Source: Spirochaetia bacterium (GTDB lineage: Bacteria > Spirochaetota > Spirochaetia > CADAEX01). Taken from it: a DNA stretch of 64,000 nucleotides. The notes under the pieces are model-generated. The model saw only the letters and a list, made by a program, of their open reading frames with translations, was not told the DNA's origin and made no database searches. Position 1 is the stretch's first letter. The number at the start of each line of letters is the position of its first letter. Both the position numbers and the translations under genes were made by a program. The stretch covers positions 2,944,001-3,008,000 of the forward strand of contig OY759746.1 of assembly GCA_963662795.1 (NCBI GenBank). The letters are read 5' to 3'. Of the stretch, positions 1 through 9,507 are shown one piece after another.

Positions 1-1
1 A

Positions 2-1957
2 TCATATCTGCCGGCGTCAAATACACTTGAACTTGGACTTCTTCCTGCCCAGAGAGAAGCAATGGCAGATGCTGTTTTTGTTACAATCGCAGGAAAAAGT
101 TCAGAAAGCGGATCCGGTTATGATTATGTCTGGGCAAGCGATGACAGGAATATTTATTCCAAAATAGATTCACAGGAACTTATTCCGGGAAAATACAGAA
201 TCAGCGATGCAATATCAGCATTGTCTGAAACGCTTCAGAAAAACATAGATGAAGAAGCTTCAGGGCGGGTATCTGTACTTGCCCAGGAAGTCGAAAAACT
301 CGGACAGGAGGCAAGAGCCCTTATAGGGAGGGGAGGCAACGAGACTGCGCTTCAGGACCTGCAGAACCGGATACGCGATCTTGATCAGCAGATTCAGAAA
401 ATACTTAAAGAGATAGGGAGCGGAATACGGGTTTATCCCCAGTTTGATGCTGAAAGCGGTTCACTGGAAGATGCTGTGTACACTTTCTACAAACCTGTAA
501 TATACAGGCAGAGCGGAGAGAATATCTACTACCGGGGCCTTGTGAGGCTGGGTGTATCAACCAGCGGTATACTTTCTGAAATCAGAAATTCAAACGATTT
601 TCTTATCAAGCAGACTCTTATCATAGCAGCCGGTGCAATCCTGTTCGGAATGGCAGGGGCGCTTATCCTTTCCTCAATTATCATCAGTCCGATAAAAAAA
701 CTCGTACTGGGGCTTGAAAAAATAAGAGACACAGAAGATAAGGAAACACTCAAAGACCATCTAATTACAGTTAAATCCAGGGATGAGCTTTATATTCTTG
801 CAGAAACAATTAATGAAATGACTCAGGGGCTTGCAAAGGCTGCTGCAGCGAGTAAAGACCTTACTTTAGGTAAGGAAATACAAAAAATGTTTATCCCCCT
901 TGAAAAGGACAGTCACGGGAAAAAACTTACCACAGGCAAGGAATCTTCAGAAAATTTTGAATTTTTCGGATATTACGAAGGGGCAAAGGGAGTTTCCGGC
1001 GATTATTTTGATTATGTTAAACTTGATGAAGAGAATTATGCCCTGATAAAATGTGATGTCTCAGGCAAGGGAGTTCCGGCATCCCTTATCATGGTCGAGG
1101 TTGCTACAATTTTTACCAACTATTTCCGGCACTGGAAACCGGGCAGCAGGGTTAATCTTCCTGAAGTTATAATCAATATTAATGATATGCTTGAAGAACG
1201 GGGATTCCAGGGAAGGTTTGCAACCCTGATTGTTGTTGTTATCAATATAAAAAACGGCGACTGTTATCTTTGTAACGCGGGAGACAATATTGTCCATCTC
1301 TACAACAGCAGGGAAAACAGGATGAAACAGATTACACTTCCGGAATCGCCGGCCTCAGGAGTTTTTTCCTCTGTAATGGTAGGTGATAAATTTCAGCAGG
1401 TGAAAATGAAACTGGAAAAAAATGATGCTCTTCTGCTCTTTACTGACGGTGTAGAAGAAGCCAAAAGGAAGTTCCGGAACAGCAATTTTGAACTGATAAA
1501 TTGTGCTGAACCGGGGATGAAAGACGGGGATCTGCACGGTAACCACTATGTATCTGCCGGTGATGAGGAATTCGGGCTGCCCAGGATATACGATTTATTA
1601 AACGCTCTTTACAGCAGATCGATATATACCCTTGAAAAATATCATAATCCGGTGAGTGACGAAGTACAGTCATTTGATTTCAGCTCCTGCACCGGGACAA
1701 TTGAGGAAGCAGTACTGGCGCTGGTTTCAGTCGAGAGAATTTTCAGGTTATACACTGATCCAACAGCTACTTCAGAAAATAGAATACAAATTGACAATAA
1801 AATTAACGGATTCCTGAAAGAGCATTTTGAACAGTACCGCCGCTATTTCTCAAATCCGGTTGAAAACAAGGAAGGACAGGAATATACTGTTTTTACGAAT
1901 TTAAAGCAGGACGATCAGTATGATGATCTTACAATTCTCGCGTTCAGGAGAAAATAG
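2..1957 (+). CDS. HAMP + SpoIIE/PP2C-family protein phosphatase, membrane-anchored (5' partial)
   Basis: The frame is open from base 2. TM helix, then HAMP (SPIKKL...RDELYILAETINEM), then PP2C motifs VSGDYFD, CDVSGKG, CNAG, FTDG and the final YDDLTILA. Confidence 0.88.
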   Translation, partial: SYLPASNTLELGLLPAQREAMADAVFVTIAGKSSESGSGYDYVWASDDRNIYSKIDSQELIPGKYRISDAISALSETLQKNIDEEASGRVSVLAQEVEKLGQEARALIGRGGNETALQDLQNRIRDLDQQIQKILKEIGSGIRVYPQFDAESGSLEDAVYTFYKPVIYRQSGENIYYRGLVRLGVSTSGILSEIRNSNDFLIKQTLIIAAGAILFGMAGALILSSIIISPIKKLVLGLEKIRDTEDKETLKDHLITVKSRDELYILAETINEMTQGLAKAAAASKDLTLGKEIQKMFIPLEKDSHGKKLTTGKESSENFEFFGYYEGAKGVSGDYFDYVKLDEENYALIKCDVSGKGVPASLIMVEVATIFTNYFRHWKPGSRVNLPEVIININDMLEERGFQGRFATLIVVVINIKNGDCYLCNAGDNIVHLYNSRENRMKQITLPESPASGVFSSVMVGDKFQQVKMKLEKNDALLLFTDGVEEAKRKFRNSNFELINCAEPGMKDGDLHGNHYVSAGDEEFGLPRIYDLLNALYSRSIYTLEKYHNPVSDEVQSFDFSSCTGTIEEAVLALVSVERIFRLYTDPTATSENRIQIDNKINGFLKEHFEQYRRYFSNPVENKEGQEYTVFTNLKQDDQYDDLTILAFRRK

Positions 1958-1966
1958 TTGGGAAGC

Positions 1967-2284
1967 ATGAAGAAAGGTTTTGTCTGTCAGAACTGCGGAA
2001 AAAATGTCCCCCCAAAAACAGACAGGTGCCCTCACTGCGGCAGATTTTTTAAAGGGGTCAGGTGTCCTCAGTGTCTTTATATAGGGGTTGCCGATGATTT
2101 TTTAAAAGGCTGCCCTGCGTGCGGATATCTTGGCGATACAGAATCCGGAGTAAATCTGCAGTCTATGCCGGACTATTTAAAGCCGGCAAAAAAAGAGCTT
2201 CCTGCATGGTTTTATCTTTCTGCCATCGGAATACTGATAATTGCGGTAATTGTCCTGTTAATTATTTTTTTTAACATGCCCTGA
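1967..2284 (+). CDS. Double zinc-ribbon protein with C-terminal TM helix
   Basis: Four CxxC pairs (CQNC, CPHC, CPQC, CPAC) and a hydrophobic C-terminus. ATG at 1967; alternative TTG at 1958. Confidence 0.8.
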   Translation: MKKGFVCQNCGKNVPPKTDRCPHCGRFFKGVRCPQCLYIGVADDFLKGCPACGYLGDTESGVNLQSMPDYLKPAKKELPAWFYLSAIGILIIAVIVLLIIFFNMP

Positions 2285-2302
2285 GTATATTCGGAATTTC
2301 CA

Positions 2303-2870
2303 TCATTCAGTGATTGAAAATCTCTCCCTTAGAGCTTTTCTGAAGACCGGAGGGTTTAATCCCAGCAGTTTGGCTGCGTTCTCCCTGTTGCCGTCAGTTT
2401 TTTCAAGAGCTTTACGGTATATCTCTTTTTCATAATTATGATTACTGTTTTAATATTGAATCCCTCATCATCTATATCTGTTTCAAGCGGGGATAATACA
2501 CCGCTTGTTATAAGCCAGAAAAGTATTTCCTGGGGGAGGAGCTCAGTCATAATCTGGTCTGAAACAGATATACAGCAAAGTGCGGATACAGTGTTTTTAA
2601 GCTGTCTGATATTGCCGGGCCATGGGTAATCTGAAAGCATGGAATATGTATCTTCGCTTAAATACTTGCTTTCACCATATCTGCTGGTCCATTCGGAAAG
2701 GAATGTATCAGCAAGTTCTTTAATATCTTCACTATGTTCTCTCAGAGGCGGAACTGAAAGTGTTATCTGGTTAAGCCTTTCATACAAATCCCTCCGGAAT
2801 TTCCCGCAGGCTATAAGCTCAGGCAGTTCCCTGTTTGTTGCCGCAATAACCCTGATATCTGCAGGATAAA
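2303..2870 (-). pseudogene. C-terminal remnant of a sigma-54-dependent (AAA+/Fis-HTH) activator
   Basis: ADIRVIAATNREL...FRRDLYERLN...PPLRE...WPGNIRQL. A frameshift leads to the HTH ALEKTDGNRENAAKLLG. Walker A and GAFTGA are missing. Confidence 0.82.
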
Positions 2871-2906
2871 ATTATTAATTCAGGCCTTAGATAACAAGGT
2901 GTGTAT

Positions 2907-4081
2907 ATGACATTGGCTGAAAACAATGAATACAGTATTAAATATATTAACGGAGCCGGAAATATTTCACACAGAAATATCACGGTAATCTCTGTCTGTG
3001 ACCCTTTATACTGTAAAGGCTATTTAAAGGCCTGGTGTCATCTCTTCAGATATGACAGAATCCTTGAAACAGACCTTTGGGGCACACAAACTTCAGGCGG
3101 GAAAACTTTTTCACTCAATGCCTCAAATCATGATGCCGGACAGGTAATCTGCACTTCTGCAGAGCTGAAATCAGCTGCGTAGAATCCCTGCTGTGATATT
3201 GAGCAAAAAAGCGGCGGATATCACGAGGCTGCAAGTATCACGTCTTCTTCTGTGGCTGCGAATAAAGTTTCGCCGGTTTTTGTTTCCTCCATCTGCAGCC
3301 CCGTCAATAATTTTTCCAATAATAATACATCATATTCTTTAGGTCATATTATATGCATGGCGATTACCGCGGCAGTACTCGGCGCCTTCGGTATAGATCT
3401 TTTTGCAAAGATTTTTAACCCGCCGGAAGTTAATACATATTCAATAGACTATTCCTTCATTAAACCGGCCCCGAAACCGATTATTAAACCTCTGTCTCCT
3501 TCTTCCCCTGTCCCTTTACCCCTTCCTTCCGGTTCATTGCCCCGACTCCCTGCTGTAAAAAAAACCGCAGTTACAGAAATTACTGAACCATCAGGAATAG
3601 AGAGAAAAACAGTCTTCAGGGAAATTAGCGGGATAATAAACTTTAAGCTTGAAAATATCTACGAATCAGCTGATACGGATCACAGAGGAGTTATAAGCTG
3701 GAGTAATAAGATATACAAAAATTATGCATACATTGCAAACTGTCTTGCATTAAGGACTGATGAATTTCTTCAGCAGGGCGGAGGCGACTGTGAGGACTGG
3801 GCGCTTTTTACATGCGTTTTCCTTTGCTACTGGGATATTGAAAGTTATGTGGGATCATTCGGGGCCAAAAACGGGACCGGGCATGCGGTCTGTCTTGTGC
3901 CGATGAATTCGCCTGTGGAAAACTACAGTTATTACCGCCGGAAGGTTTTAATAATTTTACTGATGCCTGTTACATCCCGGCTGATTACAATCATGCCGGA
4001 CCTCTTTCCAGCGCAGTTGATAAGAAATGAAAACTAAGAAGTATATATATACCTTCTGAAATCTATACTCTGTATATGTAA
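2907..4081 (+). pseudogene. Disrupted WYL-like + TM + transglutaminase-like Cys-protease fusion
   Basis: IKYINGAGNISHRNI...YLKAWCHL-FRYDRI (WYL-like). An in-frame TAG at 3180 joins ORFs 2901-3182 and 3252-4037. Then a TM helix, a Pro-rich linker, GDCEDWA and GHAVC. Frameshift near 3940 and TGA at 4028. Confidence 0.68.
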
Positions 4082-4360
4082 CTTTTGTTTCATTTTCGCG
4101 TAACTTAAATTACCTGTCAGGGAAAAAAATGAAAAAAAGCAGCATCAGTTGTTTTAAAATAAAATAAATATATTGCATAAAGTAATTATCAGGATTAGAA
4201 TTAGTTATTAAAAAAAAATATTTATAAAAGATAGAGAAAAAGTAAAATGATTAGTACAGAAACATACTTTTTATCAGCTGTCGCTGTAATAATTTACAGG
4301 AAGATGCTGTTGCTTACCGGATAAACGTGTGAAGCAACTGTAAAATGCTTATGCATTTCA

Positions 4361-4972
4361 ATGGATTATTTTCAGTCTGTTGACATCAATTTTGCTATTT
4401 ATAGTGATGGAGGAAAAAGTATGGATACTATTGCTGAAAAAATGAGTTCGGAAATCTCTCCCAATCTGATATCTGCTGTGATTCTCGCCGGTTGCGCTTC
4501 ACTGAAATGCTGCAGTAAAAATAATCTGAATATTAAGGTTATCAAACCCGGAATCAATCTAAAAGTCCTGTCGTCCGGCGGGGATGAAATATATAATTCA
4601 GAAAAATCAGAGAATTTCATTCTTAAAAATTGTCCGGTTGACACTGACAGAAAATTTACAGTCGAACTTGAAAATCCAGGTCTCCCGTTATTCCGTTTTG
4701 TTGTATCATGCGGAAAAAACGGCGGCTGGTTCGCGGCGGAAAAACATCTTATCGGCGGGGTTTTAAGCATTATGATTGCTGATTGCAAAACCAGTAATTT
4801 GTACAGGATCAACCCTGTAAGCTATTCCGGAAGAATTGATGATATCAGGAAAAACCTGATGCTGGATAAAAAAAGCGATGAGCTGTTCATTGTTCAGAAG
4901 TGTTCGCTTCCGGATGAGATATTTAAAAAACTTCCCCTTGAAACAGTAAGGAATAACAAGTATATCAAATAG
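4361..4972 (+). CDS. Hypothetical protein (possibly a 5'-truncated form starting at 4247)
   Basis: 203-aa ORF with no recognised motif. An in-frame ATG at 4247 is separated from it by one TAA at 4322. Confidence 0.5.
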   Translation: MDYFQSVDINFAIYSDGGKSMDTIAEKMSSEISPNLISAVILAGCASLKCCSKNNLNIKVIKPGINLKVLSSGGDEIYNSEKSENFILKNCPVDTDRKFTVELENPGLPLFRFVVSCGKNGGWFAAEKHLIGGVLSIMIADCKTSNLYRINPVSYSGRIDDIRKNLMLDKKSDELFIVQKCSLPDEIFKKLPLETVRNNKYIK

Positions 4973-4994
4973 AGGATATGGTTTTTTATAATAA

Positions 4995-5609
4995 TTATTC
5001 GGAAAAATTTCTTAAGGCAAAAAACAAGCGCTGAATAACTGTTATAAATGTTAGTATCGCCATAATAGAAAAAATCCAGACCAGGTAAGCCGGGAGGATA
5101 AAGAACAGTGAATAAAAAATGATTGTCTCTGTTCCTTCCACAATGCCGGAAGGCATCTCAACAGACGTAAAAAGTCTGTTGTCTGACTGTTTTTTCTTTT
5201 TCTCCAATAACGCTGAAAGATACATCCATGATACCGCATTAATATAGAATGTGCCGAGAAGAAATGCCGTAGCTTTCCACAAAAGAACAGAATTATACTG
5301 CCACGCCAGGGCGAGAGGAATTGCAGCATATACTGTGAAGTCTGTCATTATGTCAAGATATGCACCTTCATCTGACTGTTTTTTATATCTGCGGGCAACA
5401 GCCCCGTCAAGGCCGTCAAGAATGCGGTTAAGAATCCAGAGTAAGAGAGCTGCTTTCAGGCTTCCCGTTAAAGCTGCCGAAGCGCAGGCAATACCGGCGG
5501 TAAAAGCTGCCAGGGTGATAATATCAGGATTAATATTTTCCGCCCATCTGCCTGTAAGAGTTTTCATCAGCCTGTCTTTTACAGCCCTGAGCTTTATATC
5601 AAACAACAT
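4995..5609 (-). CDS. CDP-alcohol phosphatidyltransferase family (YnjF-like)
   Basis: Signature LDGLDGAVARR...GAYLDIMTD, plus VEGTET and multiple TM segments. Confidence 0.88.
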   Translation of the reverse strand: MLFDIKLRAVKDRLMKTLTGRWAENINPDIITLAAFTAGIACASAALTGSLKAALLLWILNRILDGLDGAVARRYKKQSDEGAYLDIMTDFTVYAAIPLALAWQYNSVLLWKATAFLLGTFYINAVSWMYLSALLEKKKKQSDNRLFTSVEMPSGIVEGTETIIFYSLFFILPAYLVWIFSIMAILTFITVIQRLFFALRNFSE

Positions 5610-5658
5610 ATTACTCCTTTATCAGCTAACTTCTTAAAGTCCTTAAAATCCTTAAAAT

Positions 5659-6099
5659 CTAATGGCGCAAAACCCTGATGTAATCGATAAAAGCCTGCGA
5701 CTCTTCTTCAGTATTGTCCGGGTCCCCCATGACGTCAAGCGAAGCTTTTACCGGCGGCTCTTTACCGAAGACCCTCAGGTAGTCATTGAGGATATTTACC
5801 CTGTGCGCTCTCCGCTCTCCCGGATGTTCTCCTCCGCTGTCGGACGCAAACATGACCGCGCTTGAAGTATATACGTTTTGGATATATTCTTTGTCCCAGC
5901 TGCTGGCATAGACATAATTAAGCGCCGTGTCAGGCGGATATTTTCCGTAAAGAAGTTTCGCGATATTGTACTTTGCCTTTACGAACGGGCCAGCATCATC
6001 CGGTGAATATTCAAATATAATATAAGCCTTACCGCGTAATCGTCTCCCGATTTTTTCCCCGCGTTTCCTTTTACAAATACATTGGATGCTTTCCATCTT
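5659..6099 (-). pseudogene. DUF3047-family gene, N-terminally deleted and frameshifted
   Basis: An alternate frame reads WKASNVFVKGNAGKKSGDDYAVR and shifts into YIIFEY...ALNYVYAS...DYLRVFGKEPP...MGDPDNT. No signal peptide or N-terminal half remains. Confidence 0.7.
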
Positions 6100-7583
6100 C
6101 ATTCTATGACCGGGCCTCTGCCCCTGTAGCCGAATATTTTTTTAAGTATCTTCCTTGTTTTACTGTTGAAAAATCTGGCCCCATAATAAACCGAGGCGGC
6201 TTTTTTCTGTATCTCTCCCATTGTGGGGTAGGGGTAGATGGGACTCATGATTTCCATAAGCCTCAACTTTCTTGTAACTGCGTATAACGAGGGGAGGATA
6301 AGGTCACCGGCGCCGGCCCCTGCTATCTGCGTACCAATAACTCTCTCTTTTTTATCAATAAGTATCTTGATTTTTCCTTCTGTCCTCTGCTCTGCCTGTG
6401 CTCTGTCTATATCATCAAGGTAAGATATTACAGTTTCGAAACTGATACCGGCTTCCTTTGCCCGTTTTTCATTATACCCGATTGACGCAAGTTCGGGATC
6501 GCTGTAGGTGCACCACGGGACATTGTTATAGTTGAAATTTCCCGGAAGATGAAGAACTGCTTTTTTTATCACGAATGAGCCTTCCGCTCCCGCGACATGA
6601 GTAAAAAGATGGCTGCCGTTGACATCCCCGATAGCGTAAATATGTTTCTGCCGGGTCTGAAGTTTTTGATTTACCGGGATAAAGTTCTTCCCGGTTTCAA
6701 CTCCGGCTTTTTCAAGGTCAAGGCCGGCTGTGTTTCCTTCTCTTCCAACTGCGGCAAGGATCAGTTCTCCTTCTGCTTTAAAGATTTTACCGGGATTGTC
6801 AGTTTGCGTATATGTAACCTCTTTCATCCCTCCGGACCCTGAGAATAGGGAAGATGAAGATGAAACAGCAGCCAACTGCGCTTTTGCGTTATTGATAATC
6901 ACGCCACCTTCTTTTATCAGTTGATCCTCAATTACCTGCGCCATATCATCATCCTCTTTTGAAAGGAGATGGGATGAGCTGTTGATTATTGTTACTTTAC
7001 TCCCCAGTCTCAGGAAGGCCTGGCCCAGTTCAACACCGATTGGCCCGCCTCCTATAACAACAAGGCTGTCTGGAAGCTTATCAAGAGAAAAAACTTCCCT
7101 GTTTGTAATATATCCTGTTTCAGCAAGTCCTTTAATTTCAGGTATAAAAGGGGCGCTGCCTGTGCTGATTACGATGGCGGCCGCTGAAAATATTTTACCG
7201 TCAAGTATAATCTCATGCGGGGATATAAAACGGGGAGAGCCCTTGTAAACCTCTGCTCCCAGCCCTTCAAACCTTTCTACCGCATCATGCTTCTCAATTT
7301 TACTTATTACATCGTGCACACGGGACATAACTGCCTTAAGATCGACATTGCCCCGAACGAGCTCAGGCAGTCCGTAAGCAGGGAAAAGGCCCGCCTGATG
7401 ATAAAGCGATGCGCTTTTAAGCAGTGTTTTGCTTGGAACACAGCCATAGTAGAGGCAGTCGCCTCCTGTCCTGTCTTTTTCAAAAAGGGCGGTTTTCAGT
7501 CCAAGCTGGGAAGCCCCTGATGCTGCAGTCAGGCCTGCGGCCCCGCCTCCGATTACAATTATGTCGTGTGTATATTTACTCAT
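6099..7583 (-). CDS. FAD-dependent pyridine nucleotide-disulfide oxidoreductase (MerA/LpdA-like)
   Basis: GGGAAG, the redox-active GGDCLYYGCVPSK, GGGPIG, IYAIGD and C-terminal YPYPTMGE. Confidence 0.9.
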   Translation of the reverse strand: MSKYTHDIIVIGGGAAGLTAASGASQLGLKTALFEKDRTGGDCLYYGCVPSKTLLKSASLYHQAGLFPAYGLPELVRGNVDLKAVMSRVHDVISKIEKHDAVERFEGLGAEVYKGSPRFISPHEIILDGKIFSAAAIVISTGSAPFIPEIKGLAETGYITNREVFSLDKLPDSLVVIGGGPIGVELGQAFLRLGSKVTIINSSSHLLSKEDDDMAQVIEDQLIKEGGVIINNAKAQLAAVSSSSSLFSGSGGMKEVTYTQTDNPGKIFKAEGELILAAVGREGNTAGLDLEKAGVETGKNFIPVNQKLQTRQKHIYAIGDVNGSHLFTHVAGAEGSFVIKKAVLHLPGNFNYNNVPWCTYSDPELASIGYNEKRAKEAGISFETVISYLDDIDRAQAEQRTEGKIKILIDKKERVIGTQIAGAGAGDLILPSLYAVTRKLRLMEIMSPIYPYPTMGEIQKKAASVYYGARFFNSKTRKILKKIFGYRGRGPVIE

Positions 7584-8280
7584 TGCCTTTTCCCTTATCG
7601 ATATGCTTAGCCCGCTTCAGCCTCTTTACAAGGACAGGAACAAGGCTTAACAGTCCCAGCAGCGTAAGCGCTGTTATAACCTGCAGGCCGAAACTCCCTT
7701 CAGGTCCCGCATTCGCTCCTGTATAACCCAGATAAGCGAAAACAAAGGATCCCGGGATAATTCCAAGTGAAGTTGTCCAGATAAATGTTCCGGCAGGTAT
7801 CCTTGTAAAGCCTGCGAGCAGGTTGATAAGGAAGAATGGAAAAACAGGAAGAAGCCTTAAGGTGAGCATATAGTTCTTTCCGTTCTCATCAATTTCCCTG
7901 TTGAATTTTGCAAGTTTTTCGCTGTATTTCCCCTGAATTTCCCTGCCGAGAATATAGCGGGCGGCAAGGAAGATGCAGAACGCCCCTGTTGTTGCTCCGG
8001 CATTAATGAAAAGTGTTCCCCAAAGGGGCCCGAAAAAAAAGCCGCCCATAAGAGACATTACAGTAGCTCCTGGTATGGAAAAAGCGACTACCGCAATATA
8101 AAGGGCAATAAAAATTCCGGCAGAAAGGATGAAAGACTGCTGCACCGATTCAAGAAGTTTTTCCTTCTGCGAAAGAAGGTTCTGAAGATTTACCGCATCC
8201 CCCAGGGGCGTGTATATGTAAAGGGCAGAGACAATCACCGCAATAATCAGAACCAGAGTAATTTTAAATCCTGTCTTCAT
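7576..8280 (-). CDS. TVP38/TMEM64 (DedA/VTT, YdjX-like) membrane protein
   Basis: SIPGATVMSLMGGFFFG and LRLLPVFPFFLIN. GGAGG RBS upstream. Confidence 0.9.
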   Translation of the reverse strand: MKTGFKITLVLIIAVIVSALYIYTPLGDAVNLQNLLSQKEKLLESVQQSFILSAGIFIALYIAVVAFSIPGATVMSLMGGFFFGPLWGTLFINAGATTGAFCIFLAARYILGREIQGKYSEKLAKFNREIDENGKNYMLTLRLLPVFPFFLINLLAGFTRIPAGTFIWTTSLGIIPGSFVFAYLGYTGANAGPEGSFGLQVITALTLLGLLSLVPVLVKRLKRAKHIDKGKGNE

Positions 8281-8300
8281 GAAAACCTCCGTCAGGCAGT

Positions 8301-8720
8301 TCAGATCATCTTTTTTTCCGGTAGCTCTTTAAAATAATACTGTCAGTGATAAAAAACAAGGTAACAGGCAGAATGAGAAATACAGGGTTTAAAAAAAGCT
8401 GTCTGCCTGTCTGATGAATTGAGAAGAGGGAAAAAGGGAAAAAAGAAAGGAGGGTCCCTGTCCTCCCCCTATCAGGAAAAGAAGAAAATAGTCGGAAAAC
8501 GCTGCCGGAAAGACAATGTTTGCTCCGGCAATTATCGAGGGAAGAAGAAGCGGCAGTTCCCCTTCGGAAGGCTCTTCCAGGCCTGCGAGTAGTTTAAGCA
8601 GGGTTGTTTTCCCGCTGCCTGGGGGACTGATAAAAGAGATTTATATTCCCTTTTTCAATATCAAAGGTAAGGCCCTCAAGCGCTTTCAGGGCACCGTAGT
8701 ATTTGCCCGTGTTTTTCAGA
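8301..8720 (-). pseudogene. Deletion scar of an ABC transporter (ATPase N-terminus joined to permease C-terminus)
   Basis: KYYGALKALEGLTFDIEKG / ISFISPPGSGKTTLLKLLAGLEEPSEGE runs directly into the permease-like LPLLLPSIIAGANIVF...SDYF. Several frameshifts. Confidence 0.72.
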
Positions 8721-9507
8721 CTCCTGATTTGAAAAAAGGGAGCGCTAACATCCATGGAAAGAGAAGGTGCCTCCGGTCCTCAAAGCCCCTCTGTCCTATT
8801 TTCATTTCAAGCTGTCCGTCACGGGGAGAACCGGTGTAGGACCGGAAGACATAATCCCACCACGAAAGGCTGAAGCCGTAATTGGAATCAGTTTCCTTTC
8901 TGTAGACTGAATGGTGTATCCTGTGCATATCGGGAGTAACAAGAATTTTCCGTATTATTCTGTCTGCTTTTAACGGAATATAAATATTGGCGTGATTGAA
9001 CATGGCAGCCCCGTTAAGCACAATTTCAAAGATAATTACTGATAAAGCTGATGCTCCGGTTATCCATACCGCCCCTGTCTTTATCACAAGTGAAATTATA
9101 AATTCAAACGGATGAAAACGGAGGGCTGATGAGGCGTCGAGGTCCCTTTCCGTATGGTGCATCCTGTGTATCTTCCAGAGAAATTGCACCCCGTGGAACA
9201 GGCGGTGCTGCCAGTATATAATCAGGTCAAAAAAGAGCAATGCAAGGATGAATGTGACAGGTTCCGGAAGTCTTACCAGATGGAAAAGGCCGAGCCCCCT
9301 CTCCTCAGCTGCAAGCGCTGCCGAAACAGGGATAAAAACGGGGATTACCCTTCCTGAAAGCGCTCCGAGGAATACCATGAAAAAATTGCTGGGCCAGCGT
9401 ATCCTTCTTGAAAAAAGGCGGTCTCTTCTTGGAAAAAGCGCTTCAGTACATGAGAAAAGTACAAATAAGACGATAAATGAGCCTAATCTTAAGGCATTTG
9501 CGTTCAA
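8716..9507 (-). CDS. Sterol desaturase / fatty acid hydroxylase family protein
   Basis: His boxes YWQHRLFH, HRMHH and HRIHHS, plus FNHAN and SNYG. Likely TTG start at 9507 after GGAG. Confidence 0.88.
   Translation of the reverse strand: MNANALRLGSFIVLFVLFSCTEALFPRRDRLFSRRIRWPSNFFMVFLGALSGRVIPVFIPVSAALAAEERGLGLFHLVRLPEPVTFILALLFFDLIIYWQHRLFHGVQFLWKIHRMHHTERDLDASSALRFHPFEFIISLVIKTGAVWITGASALSVIIFEIVLNGAAMFNHANIYIPLKADRIIRKILVTPDMHRIHHSVYRKETDSNYGFSLSWWDYVFRSYTGSPRDGQLEMKIGQRGFEDRRHLLFPWMLALPFFKSGV

Noticed and set aside
3180-4030. Stop-codon recoding (pyrrolysine TAG, or TGA as Trp/Sec) in the WYL fusion
   Set aside because: The gene also has deletions and a frameshift, and TAG and TGA end normal genes in this window. 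Pseudogenisation is simpler.
6099-7583. Mercury resistance (merA)
   Set aside because: No C-terminal Cys pair, no NmerA domain and no merR/T/P genes.
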